Of a DNA stretch of 64,000 bases, positions 18,514 to 27,786 are shown piece by piece. The stretch is from the NCBI GenBank assembly GCA_965116925.1, contig OZ220744.1:4992001-5056000 (forward strand), given 5' to 3'. The notes beneath the pieces were generated by a model. That model was not told the DNA's origin. It ran no database searches and saw only the letters and a list, made by a program, of their open reading frames with translations. This stretch comes from Candidatus Poribacteria bacterium (GTDB taxonomy: Bacteria > Poribacteria > WGA-4E > PCPOR2b). A program made the translations under genes and the position numbers. The stretch's first letter is position 1. Each line of letters begins with the position of its first letter.

Positions 18514-18996
18514 TCACCTCCGGCTTTTTGATTTAATCTGTCCCCACAGAGTGAGACGTTTTTCTTTCGGTTCAACTGCCACTGTCATTTCAATTGGATA
18601 GCCCGCGTCCCGCCATCCAGGAAACCCGCCTAGGAGCACCTTTATTCGCTCCGGGGGAAACCCAAACTCGTCTATTAACATTTGTGCCGCACCGGCACTT
18701 GTGGCTTCCGCCGGTCAGCTTCAGTATAAAACAATTAACCCTTCGGCGGGAAGTGTTTGGTGTCTCGTTTCAATCCCATCCGGAAATGGCATTGAGATGG
18801 CTCCGGGAATGTGTCCGAAGTTGAAATGAATCTGGCCACGCACATCAACCAGAGTTACCTTCTCTTTGGCATCTAATAGACGCTTAAGTTCTTTCGCGTC
18901 AATCCGCTCCGCTTGAGCGGCAAATACCTGAACGAGTAATTGCTGCTGAAGGAACAACACAATTATCCAAACAACGACTCTATTCAATCTTTGCAT
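18514..18996 (-). CDS. Exported rhodanese-like selenoprotein with U-S-U motif (160 aa; TGA at 18721-18723 and 18715-18717)
   Basis: AAGGAGG RBS and signal peptide; DVR, GHIPGA, IVLY-TGA-S-TGA-PAEATSAGAAQML...VLLGGFPGWRDAGYP completes the rhodanese fold; tail VAVEPKEKRLTLWGQIKS. Confidence 0.85.
18684..18698 (-). promoter_or_regulatory. Candidate bacterial SECIS hairpin
   Basis: GUGCCG-GUG-CGGCAC; G-starting loop 22 and 28 nt downstream of the two UGA codons. Confidence 0.55.
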
Positions 18997-19180
18997 CGGT
19001 TTGCCTCCTTGGTTGTGAATCGGTTTCAATTGTTCGCTATCCCTCACGCCACGGCGGTACTGTCCATGTATTGAACCAATTCCATTTCCACAGCACTTTC
19101 TTTGCCGGCATTTCCAATTCGTACTTGATACCAGCGGTAAAGGGTAGCAGCTTGGTTCTGTTGCCTACGGTTTCACGGAT

Positions 19181-19519
19181 CTATTCGATGAAGCTTAAGA
19201 CATCGGTGTTCTTGTGGATGGCAACGGATTTCCCGAAATTGTCGCCAGCCTCAGCATCATCAGCGGTGAGTTTTGCCTGCTGTATCCATGCCCTTCTATC
19301 ACGCACGAATATGCACGCAGATCCCGCCTTTTCTCCGCCCATATGAGTGTCAAGATGTGCGTCGACGATAGCAATGCCCTCACTGATGGAGACAGAAAAT
19401 GCAAACCATTCACCCTGCTGTCTATCGTCCGGTACAATTTCGACTTCGGCGGCGTAGATAATAGCCACCGTTCCGGTTCCTAAAATCAGACAAACCATAC
19501 AAATAGGTAAGGTTTTCAT
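19181..19519 (-). pseudogene. Truncated secreted FG-GAP repeat protein
   Basis: Signal peptide then about 1.5 FG-GAP_2-type repeats (AGSACIFVR..WIQQAKLTADDAEAGDNFGKSVAI), then abrupt end. Confidence 0.7.
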
Positions 19520-19816
19520 CGAGAACTCCTTTTAATGTAGGTGCCCATTGGGTTCAAGCACATTTTTGCAACCGGTGCTGTCAGTAATCAAAATATATCA
19601 TATCACGGTCTTAACTCCCTTTTCAAGGGTATATTTCGGCGGCAGTAAAGGCTCGGAACTACTCGCTGTGATGGTTGAGCACTAGGGTTAATTGGTTGAT
19701 GCGGTTTTCAATCGACAGTGCGGACCAACTGTTTTACGAACAGGAGCGTGGAAGGTAACACCGTTCCTAAAAGGGGATAAAGGAAAAATTGGAGTTATTT
19801 GGAATGAAGGACTTTG

Positions 19817-21241
19817 TTAATCATTTTCCGCCCCTATCTTTGCCGCAACAGTATATGCCCACCAAGGTCCCGAACTTCGACCAAGAAACGTAGCCCAATA
19901 CCATGCAGAGACATCGCTCCAACACTTGCCATCAGCATCGACAATTTGCTCGTAAACACGAAGGGTTTGATCCGAACGCCGTGCCCGGAAGCTGCCCCAA
20001 TGTGAATCATCAGCATCAATGTACATTGGGGCAGGTTCAATTGTGTAACCGATACCACGAAAACAGTCCGAGGCGGGATGGAGTTTCCGCGTCGCTTGCG
20101 TTACCCACCGTATCACTATTTCACGCTCACCGTTGGTGAAACGTCCTAACATGCCCGGAAATCCTTTGCCAAATGCTTGTTCTCTATCCGATAACGGCAA
20201 GGGTTGTATCGGCTGATTGTTAAATGTTTTCGGCCAGCCGGGAAACTGTGTTAGGTCATACACTGTATGCTTTGCAGGGGTAATTGCCGGCATTAAAGCG
20301 GCAAGGCTGCAGAGAATGACAAATACAACACGCGATGCCTGACGCGTGAAGCGTGAGATGTGGAACGTAAAATATGTCTGTCGTATTTTGCTGATTCGTC
20401 TCTCCGTCCATTCATCGATTTCTGTTCTTTCTCGAATACACTGAAGACTATACACGATCGCTGCTGCCGTGAACGCGAAAACAACCAGACCGATACCGCT
20501 GTGCCACCATGAAGGGGTCTCCAGAATTTCCGCTTCAATATAGAACAGGCTTGATGCTCTCAATACATTGCCGAGCAAGACAGCGATTATACCAATCGCG
20601 ACCGATGCCGTAAGCCTTAGCCATCCGAAACCGTAATAGGCTGCAAGGGTAAATGTCACAAACAGACCTGCCCACAGCATTCGTACGCCGCTGCATGGCG
20701 CATCGTATTGTATCATCTGGTCATTCCACACGAGCGCGGTGCCCGTTTGATCAACGGCAAGGCCGCCGAGCTTGAGAATCGGTACAGTCAACTTACCAGC
20801 GATAACTCGCGCCGGATAACCCAGATAGAATTGCATGGTAGAAGCAACTGGCAAAGCCAGCAGAAAGAGTGCCCATACAGACAACTGTGGCAATCGCCCG
20901 AAATACAAGAGATGCAGCGTCGTTCCTAAAGCGGTCACAGCGAAGGCTGCACGAATCAGCGGTGGAACAAAAGGATACAAACACACGTAGAGACCAACAA
21001 ACAGAATGACGGGTATTAAAGGGAGGTACGCCCTTTGCGGTATTCTCGGCTGCGTACACAGTAAGGCAGATGCAGTGATGAGAATCAGGAGGCCGAATAG
21101 GTCCGCTGGCGATTCCCACACACGATTCACATACCATGTCCATACGCGCCAGAATGCAATAATCTGCAAGGCGATTACGCCGATATGCCAGATGATGACC
21201 GTGCGCTGACGTGATGATTTTGGTGTCGAAGTGTGAACCAT
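19817..21241 (-). CDS. Exosortase/archaeosortase family protein with C-terminal soluble domain (XrtQ-like; start uncertain)
   Basis: Multiple TM helices; DAPCSG, GNVLR, WWH give the Cys-Arg-His triad; LHPASDCF in the C-terminal domain. Confidence 0.85.
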   Translation of the reverse strand: MVHTSTPKSSRQRTVIIWHIGVIALQIIAFWRVWTWYVNRVWESPADLFGLLILITASALLCTQPRIPQRAYLPLIPVILFVGLYVCLYPFVPPLIRAAFAVTALGTTLHLLYFGRLPQLSVWALFLLALPVASTMQFYLGYPARVIAGKLTVPILKLGGLAVDQTGTALVWNDQMIQYDAPCSGVRMLWAGLFVTFTLAAYYGFGWLRLTASVAIGIIAVLLGNVLRASSLFYIEAEILETPSWWHSGIGLVVFAFTAAAIVYSLQCIRERTEIDEWTERRISKIRQTYFTFHISRFTRQASRVVFVILCSLAALMPAITPAKHTVYDLTQFPGWPKTFNNQPIQPLPLSDREQAFGKGFPGMLGRFTNGEREIVIRWVTQATRKLHPASDCFRGIGYTIEPAPMYIDADDSHWGSFRARRSDQTLRVYEQIVDADGKCWSDVSAWYWATFLGRSSGPWWAYTVAAKIGAEND

Positions 21242-23649
21242 ATGATAAACAAAAGTGCAATTAGTAATAGTGCCCATACTTCGGGCTCAGGGATAGTTGG
21301 AACACTGTCTCGATCCACAGGAGTGAGCGAATTCGCCTCGTATTGCTGCGCGGTTTCCAAAACAACGGCGCCGCTGACCGGGGTGATAATATGATACCTC
21401 GAAGCAAGCTGGATTGCCTCCGACCGATTGCCTGCTGCATCTGTGCCGAGCGTGTGGAGAACTTCTTCTTTCGCCCACAGTGGTGTGATGTGATGTGAAC
21501 GCGGGTTGCTGGATAGCTCTTGGTCTACCTCGTATACTGGAATCCGCTTTCGTTTAATCTCAAATGTCGCCTGTTTTCCGTCTATCTTCTCAAAATATCG
21601 GTGTAGATCTGCTTTGATATCGCCAAGCCGAGGGATCACAGTCGCCTCCATTGCCCACTCCGCTTGATCCAAGAGACGGTTTGGACCGGCGGCTACAGAT
21701 AGAAGCGCAATGTCAGGGAATCTAACGAGACGCGCTATCGCTTGATCGAGCGTCGCATGGGTATTTTCAAAAGGCACGGGTTGAGGCCCATGAATCCATA
21801 ACAGCGTCCCCGGATCATAAGCTTCAAGAATCTGCATCGCAGATGCCAGGCCTGGCGCGTTGTTTTGTCCGCCGACCAGCCTGTACTTTCTCAGCATCTC
21901 GACAATTCTCCGCTTTTGATTTTCGTTCCAAGCTGACGGCTGAATCTGAGCCAGCGTGTCCGAAGCAATAATGAACCCGACTTCCACACCGCTGGGAATC
22001 GCGTTTAACCCCTCAATAATATCTTGAACCGATGGCTTGACCAGTGCTGAACCATCGAGCACGATGACTAAACCATCCGGTACTTCAGGCGTAGTCTCTG
22101 CTATCGTCTGGACAATTGCAAACCCTCCCTCATCCACCGAATCGAGTGTCCACGTTGTGTTGATGCTTGCATCACGAGCAACCGTAATGAATGCACTGGG
22201 CGAAGCAAGATCTTTGTCTCTGACCTCTCTGCTTAGACGATAGTGGTTGTGTGCGACGCGGCGGCTGTGCAAAGCGAGTCGAGTGCTTGTCTCCAGGGGT
22301 TGCTTCCCCTCGATCCAAAGGGTATGCCGAAAATCGTCTCTGAGATTGAAGTTCTGACTAACGAAAGTCGGCAAAACTAATCGTCCCTCATCAAGGTTTG
22401 CAAGATCAAGAGGTGCCGTTATGCCGATACGGTAGCGAAGTGTGCCGCCGTTGGGAGGCACAGGAAACGCTTGCGCGAGAATCCGCTCAGGTCCCTGCGT
22501 TGTCACTAGCAACGGATCCTGTCTTTTCATGACAACGCTTTCGTAGGCACGACGGACCTGTGCTCTGCCAGCAAACGCCGCTTCACGTTCCTCACCGTTC
22601 ACCCAGAGTGTGGCGCGTGAAACGACAGCGCCGGGCGGCAAGACAATCTGTGCGCGTGCCTCATGAGCCCGCGTTGCATTATTGCGAAACGTCATCGTCC
22701 ATTCGAGGTAGGCAAGGGCGCTATCGCCATCAACGGAACCATCAATGCGAGAAGATAGTAAATACAAGTCTCGGAGGCGGCTGCCAACTTGCGTGCCGCC
22801 TTGATTCAGGTCAAATTGAAAATCATTCAATATCTGCCAGGTGCCCCCAGCGTAGGGGGAGGGTCGTGAATTGAAGGGCTCACCTGTCACGCGGTAAAAA
22901 ACTTCACGTATCTTCGGCGTTGGGATATGTCTTCCGTTGATGTTAAGAAGCGAGGCAATGAGGCTCCAAGGCCCGCCTGCCAGACCCGTACGACTATAAC
23001 AGTAGCGTAGTAAGGCATCTTCGTCGCCAAACCTACGTAATAACTGAACGCCTCGTCTGTTGACTTCTGCTGAGGGTGCTGTCGCCCATCGGATGCCTGT
23101 TTTTGTAATTATCGTGGGTAACTCCAAGAGAATCAGCATACCAAATGCCACAGCAAGCCCTTTCCATAAGGGTGATTTCTGAGGTTCGATCTTTGTACGT
23201 TCTCGTTTACGCAACTGCTTGTATAGAAGACTTGCAGTAGTAAGCGAGACGAGCGGCGCCAGCGGAAGCAAACCGATACCGTAAAACACCACAGCGAACA
23301 CCGCCATTGGAAATATTGGCAAAAAGAGAAGCGTGTAAAATGCGGCGACACCAATAGCAGTTGCACCAAGAAATGCTAACAGCCGTGTGTGTTGGTTCAA
23401 TGCCCCACTTAATCTCCACCAGATGAAGCCATTTGCCGCCGGCACCAAACTCACTAACAGCACATGCCAGATCGTCGGGATTGGATTGAATAAAATTTTC
23501 GCACACATACGGGTCACCAGTTCAAATCCGATGACGCCTGCGGGGTAGAACACTCCTAGTAGGAGCATAGCCACGCTTGATTTTTTATTAGCGTTCGTTT
23601 TTTGATGGTTCTCTGTCTTTGAATTGCTTAATTGGTTTTGATTGGGCAT
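21175..23649 (-). CDS. Membrane VIT-domain protein with PEP-CTERM-type sorting signal
   Basis: N-terminal TMs; AYLEWTMTFRN..EARAQIVLPPGAVVSRATLWVNGEEREAAF; DPLLV; C-terminal TIPEPEVWALLLIALLFIIW then RH. Confidence 0.88.
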   Translation of the reverse strand: MPNQNQLSNSKTENHQKTNANKKSSVAMLLLGVFYPAGVIGFELVTRMCAKILFNPIPTIWHVLLVSLVPAANGFIWWRLSGALNQHTRLLAFLGATAIGVAAFYTLLFLPIFPMAVFAVVFYGIGLLPLAPLVSLTTASLLYKQLRKRERTKIEPQKSPLWKGLAVAFGMLILLELPTIITKTGIRWATAPSAEVNRRGVQLLRRFGDEDALLRYCYSRTGLAGGPWSLIASLLNINGRHIPTPKIREVFYRVTGEPFNSRPSPYAGGTWQILNDFQFDLNQGGTQVGSRLRDLYLLSSRIDGSVDGDSALAYLEWTMTFRNNATRAHEARAQIVLPPGAVVSRATLWVNGEEREAAFAGRAQVRRAYESVVMKRQDPLLVTTQGPERILAQAFPVPPNGGTLRYRIGITAPLDLANLDEGRLVLPTFVSQNFNLRDDFRHTLWIEGKQPLETSTRLALHSRRVAHNHYRLSREVRDKDLASPSAFITVARDASINTTWTLDSVDEGGFAIVQTIAETTPEVPDGLVIVLDGSALVKPSVQDIIEGLNAIPSGVEVGFIIASDTLAQIQPSAWNENQKRRIVEMLRKYRLVGGQNNAPGLASAMQILEAYDPGTLLWIHGPQPVPFENTHATLDQAIARLVRFPDIALLSVAAGPNRLLDQAEWAMEATVIPRLGDIKADLHRYFEKIDGKQATFEIKRKRIPVYEVDQELSSNPRSHHITPLWAKEEVLHTLGTDAAGNRSEAIQLASRYHIITPVSGAVVLETAQQYEANSLTPVDRDSVPTIPEPEVWALLLIALLFIIWFTLRHQNHHVSARSSSGISA

Positions 23650-24336
23650 CGTTAGGTCTCCCTAGCGTACTTGTAACCGTTGGGTATGATACAGTTTTGA
23701 GTAGCCGAATTGGTGCTGTCACTCAGCAACGTCTGATTGTTATGGCTAATCAGTTCAATTTTCGTATTGGGAATCCGATTCAGCAAAGAGAGCGAGTGGT
23801 CCCACACCCACAACACCTCCGTCGCTCGTTCATAATACCGATGTCAGTGCTTATAATCCACTGCGTCGCTCGGTACCAACGCCGGTCGGTATCACGCGAG
23901 TTACCTCAAAGATGCCGATACGGTCGTCGGATTTGACAAACTGTGCGAGCAATTTGAGTGCCAAATGGGTAAAATGGGGCGTTGAGAGATGACGATACAC
24001 ACTGAATAGCAAGCAGGGATTTATTCCAAGACCATTCGTTGGTGGTGGGTACAGAGGCGTGGGCCTATGGGTTACAGTGTGTGCACTAAACCACATAAGC
24101 TGTTTTGATAAGACCACACCCACTCCCTCTGTAGTTGAATGGCACTACCTTAAGGATTTTGGTGCTGAGAAAATTCCGTTGACACCTGTCATCGAAAGCG
24201 GCTTTAGGGTCAAATAAGAGTATTTATGAGGCGGTCGGAATGAGACGGTCTGCCCCATTTTCGCCTTTGATCGTCGTTTGGGTTAATGAATAGAACATCT
24301 TGCTAATGGACGAATCGTGCACCCTCTAAGAGCGTG

Positions 24337-26028
24337 CTAATCGAACTGCGTCATCTCAACAGCGAACCACAATGCCAAACTCCCTGTGCGGTCATCATAG
24401 CCGCTCAGTGCCTCTCGAACGATGTAATCCTGTTCCGTCTCTAATGCGCCTGTCCCTGTGCAGCCGTCAACCACATCGCCTGTTTCAGTAATCCTCGTTT
24501 TAGCCCCATTCCATAGGGATGATAGGGTTGGGAGATAGGATTGATCCAACACCCCCAATTTAATCCCTCTGGCAACCCCGTAACCGATCATGCAGGTGCT
24601 TGTCATTTCTTGATAACTACCCGGTAGGGTGATAACTTGATGGTAGCAACCCGATGGATCCTGATATTTTAACAACCCGTTCAACAATTTCTGATACATC
24701 AAAAGTATATCGGCGTATAGGGGATGAGATTGCGGCAGATAGGTCAATGCCTCTGCAAGCCCTAAAGCAGCGAACCCATTGCCCCTGCCCCAGTAAAAAG
24801 GGGTTTCTCTATCATGCCAATACAGTCCTGAAATCTGTTGTGTGCCCATTTCGACGAGGAAATTGGTCAGGAGGTCTAGATATTGCCCTTCTTGGGTCAG
24901 CGCATAGCTCCTCCCCATCATCGACCCAAGCATGAACATATCCTCCGTCCTCCATTTCGGATCTGCTGGAGCAGGGGGATTTGATCCGCTTAAATCAAAC
25001 CGATTTGCCAAATCTAAGAGGTAATTTTTATATCTTGGATCTTTGGTCACTCGGAACAGATCATCTGCCCATACCACTCCAGCAAGCGAGGCAGAACCGG
25101 GGGCATCGCCAAAACTGGTGGAAGGATCATCAACATAAGGATCGACCAACTGAAAAATATCATCGGGCACGTCTTGATTCATATGTTCCGCCAATCGAAT
25201 CCTGCCACTCACACCGACACCTTGAATGTAGTTGATCGGGGAATCTAGCTTATACCCAAACTGCGAGGCTAATACCTCACTCACCTCTTGTGCAGTTCGA
25301 TCCCTCCGTTTGCGGATTGCGGCTGCGGCAAGACTCGATGAAGATTGATCTGTGCCCCCAGAATCTATCACTTTGTGTAATAACTCAACTGTCTTTGATG
25401 CAACTTGCTCACTTGTTCCCACAATCCGGACTCCCGGTATCGATCCCAGATTGGATTCATGTTTCCGTCCCAGTGCTCCAATTAGACTGTCGTCGGAGAT
25501 AGGACTCGCTGCATCCACATCAGCCATAAAATCGGGAGCAGCCTCATTGGATTCAATCCTAGTTGATTCTCCAAGGGATAACTCAATCACTAAATCGGGA
25601 GCTTGGTAGGACACCCACCGCCAGATGTACCTACTCTCTGGTACTTCTGAATCAAAGAAGTAGTTTCCGTCGGGTGGGAATCCGTGCGTTAATTTTCCTT
25701 GAACTTCAGAGGTTTGTGAATTACCTATATATGTGTCATAGTCCAGACAGGGAATGTAGCTGATTGAAAGCGCGTTGAAACCATTGTAATGATTCGTAAC
25801 TGTGTCAATTACATTAAGGGCTAACTGAACATCAGCATCCCTCCCATTGCCCCCTCCGATAACCAGTATTCGGGTACAATCCCCAGAGAAATCGTAGGCA
25901 CTCTTATCAAGAAGGACGGGGATTTGGCAGCCATTTTTAGTTATCCCGCAATAGCTGATGTCTGAAGCAACTATCCCTTGTCGTACCAAGTTGTGTAGTG
26001 TTGATTCCAATGATTTATTTAAGGGCAT
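24337..26028 (-). CDS. GH88/GH105 family hydrolase with N-terminal degenerate M14 peptidase-like domain
   Basis: AGGAGG RBS; EDMFM, WGRGNGF, QDPSGCYHQV, EMTSTCM; N-terminal PESRYIWRWVSYQAPDLVIEL. Confidence 0.75.
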   Translation of the reverse strand: MPLNKSLESTLHNLVRQGIVASDISYCGITKNGCQIPVLLDKSAYDFSGDCTRILVIGGGNGRDADVQLALNVIDTVTNHYNGFNALSISYIPCLDYDTYIGNSQTSEVQGKLTHGFPPDGNYFFDSEVPESRYIWRWVSYQAPDLVIELSLGESTRIESNEAAPDFMADVDAASPISDDSLIGALGRKHESNLGSIPGVRIVGTSEQVASKTVELLHKVIDSGGTDQSSSSLAAAAIRKRRDRTAQEVSEVLASQFGYKLDSPINYIQGVGVSGRIRLAEHMNQDVPDDIFQLVDPYVDDPSTSFGDAPGSASLAGVVWADDLFRVTKDPRYKNYLLDLANRFDLSGSNPPAPADPKWRTEDMFMLGSMMGRSYALTQEGQYLDLLTNFLVEMGTQQISGLYWHDRETPFYWGRGNGFAALGLAEALTYLPQSHPLYADILLMYQKLLNGLLKYQDPSGCYHQVITLPGSYQEMTSTCMIGYGVARGIKLGVLDQSYLPTLSSLWNGAKTRITETGDVVDGCTGTGALETEQDYIVREALSGYDDRTGSLALWFAVEMTQFD

Positions 26029-26059
26029 ATAACCTCCTAAGAGGATGTTTTGAAAAGTG

Positions 26060-26593
26060 CTATGTCTTCTCGGTGCACTCACCTGACGCTGCGAGTTGCA
26101 GAATACGCTCAACAAATGGAGATTTTTCGTCCTGATATGCTTGTCGGTTGGTCGGGAACTGTTGAGCCAGTTTCAATTTGAGTTTGGCGTATTCTTCAGC
26201 TAACTCTGAATGCTGGATGAGATAATCTCTAAAGAGCAGCATATTTCTCCATCTATAACTATGCACCTCTAACATATGTATGTGATGGGTCCTCGGACTA
26301 CCTTTGACGAAATAATGTCGTCGGGGTATCCCGTATTCACCTCTATATTCATAGCCGAACTTCTCAATTGGTTTTATACAAATCGTAGCTTCCTCAAAAT
26401 TATGGATGGCTATACCTATGTCTAAGATCGGTTTTGCTGCCATCGTTGGAATAGAAGTGCTGCCTACATGCTGAATGTCCAAAACATAATTGCCAACAGC
26501 AGCTTGCAGCCGAGCTTTCTCTTGATTAAAAAGGTTTTTCCATTCCGACGTATAGGGAACAATTTTGATAACGCCTGCTTGTAAGCCGATCAT
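26060..26593 (-). CDS. GrpB (UPF0157) family nucleotidyltransferase-fold protein
   Basis: IQHVGSTSIP, AKPILDI, HHIH, FRDYL, YAKLK. Confidence 0.92.
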   Translation of the reverse strand: MIGLQAGVIKIVPYTSEWKNLFNQEKARLQAAVGNYVLDIQHVGSTSIPTMAAKPILDIGIAIHNFEEATICIKPIEKFGYEYRGEYGIPRRHYFVKGSPRTHHIHMLEVHSYRWRNMLLFRDYLIQHSELAEEYAKLKLKLAQQFPTNRQAYQDEKSPFVERILQLAASGECTEKT

Positions 26594-26676
26594 GCAGACC
26601 TCCTGCTACACTTTTTAGAAATAGTAGTAACCGGAATAGTTGCAAAGATTTCCAAGGTTCGCAGCGGCAGCACATT

Positions 26677-27480
26677 TCATACGACCTGCTCGCTTTCAAA
26701 ACCTTCAAACAGCGATGGGAAGAAGCGATGGGGATCCCCGGGCTCGCTGAAGAGAATCTCCTGACGGGGTGTCAATTCCACATTCTCCGGCGGTTGTACA
26801 CGTCGGGAGGTCCACACCATGTGTGACACACTATATTTGTACAGCAGGGTCCGCCTCTCGTGCTTGCCGCGCCACGCTGCTGTTCCATGCGTCAATGCCT
26901 CGGTAAATAAGATCGCTGAACCGGCTGGTGCCTTTGGAATAATGACACACGGTGCGTCTTCAGGAGCCTGATCGATCTGTGGTGGCAGCTTAAAGTTACT
27001 TTTGTGGCTGCCGGGTATACAGCAAAACCCACCGTAGTCGGGACCTGCATCAGACAGCACCCATGTCACCACGACAAACCCGTTGGTTACTTGATTATCG
27101 CGGAAAGGAAAGTATTCCCCCGGTTGAGAACCGGAGGTTGGGGAGGTGGCGCCGTAATCAGCGTGCAGTCGCCCTCTTGGCATTCCCTCGCGCATGTACA
27201 TCCCGTAGATCCGATCGAGGCGGAAACAGTCGCCCAGCCGGAATCGAATAACCGGCATAACCGCATCATGGGTCAATAGATCACAGAACGGTTTTCCCCA
27301 AGCAAGAAATCCCGATCCGTCTGGCGCACTGCCAAATCGTTGAACCTTTCCCGGCGTGGGCAGTTCTTGTTCGTCAATTGACCGATTGAGCGTTGCGAGT
27401 TCTTCTGGACTCAAGACATTTTCAATTACCAAGTAGCCTTGTACATCGAACAGATACTGCTGCAGTTCAAGATCGTTCAT
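26677..27480 (-). CDS. Phytanoyl-CoA dioxygenase (PhyH) family protein
   Basis: GYLVIENVL, LHAD, IPGSHK, AGSAILFTEALTHG. Confidence 0.9.
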   Translation of the reverse strand: MNDLELQQYLFDVQGYLVIENVLSPEELATLNRSIDEQELPTPGKVQRFGSAPDGSGFLAWGKPFCDLLTHDAVMPVIRFRLGDCFRLDRIYGMYMREGMPRGRLHADYGATSPTSGSQPGEYFPFRDNQVTNGFVVVTWVLSDAGPDYGGFCCIPGSHKSNFKLPPQIDQAPEDAPCVIIPKAPAGSAILFTEALTHGTAAWRGKHERRTLLYKYSVSHMVWTSRRVQPPENVELTPRQEILFSEPGDPHRFFPSLFEGFESEQVV

Positions 27481-27500
27481 AACGCTGTCCTCCTATCAAT

Positions 27501-27570
27501 ATGCCTTGTAGTTGCCTGATTTATCAGGCGTTGTTTTTCCTAATGCCTTGTAGTTGCCTGATTTATCAGG
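27501..27570 (+). repeat. Two tandem GTAG-type REP copies (42-nt period)
   Basis: ATGCCTTGTAGTTGCCTGATTTATCAGG at 27501 and 27543. Confidence 0.85.
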
Positions 27571-27660
27571 TCAGGATTTTTGATGATAACTTGTTTCATC
27601 AACTTTTCGCAGTGGAGACCCCGTTCTTTAGAGCGGGGAGGAAACTGCGCTCCTTTTTCG

Positions 27661-27689
27661 TTGAAAAGTTGTGTGAAATATGGTACAGT
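27661..27689 (+). promoter_or_regulatory. Sigma70-type promoter for tnpB of element 2
   Basis: TTGAAA-17 nt-TACAGT with TG extension, 6 nt before the leader. Confidence 0.65.
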
Positions 27690-27695
27690 TCTTAT

Positions 27696-27780
27696 GGCTT
27701 TCGTAGGGGATTTCTACCATCCCGAACCCTTCGGGATGTCCCCTACACCTCGTAGAAAAGGAATGAAAGCCAGAAAGCTA
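27696..27780 (+). ncRNA. Conserved structured 5' leader of tnpB, copy 2
   Basis: Same architecture as 3898-3979 with different but complementary helix sequences. Confidence 0.65.
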
Positions 27781-27786
27781 ACCCCT

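Noticed and set aside
18715..18723. Genome-wide UGA reassignment, or a simple pseudogene, as the cause of the two TGAs
   Set aside because: radA, ispD and valS end normally at TGA; two nonsense changes both at Cys-equivalent sites with an intact downstream frame is less parsimonious than Sec, though not excluded
23700..24150. 90-aa minus-strand ORF and nearby frames
   Set aside because: No recognisable domain or RBS; at most a decayed remnant
27580..27762. Long N-terminal extension of TnpB 2
   Set aside because: Begins outside the element and crosses its left end, promoter and leader
27696..27780. tnpB leader as a hammerhead ribozyme or known riboswitch
   Set aside because: No CUGANGA core and no SAM, TPP or c-di-GMP consensus that I recognise; an Rfam search is still needed
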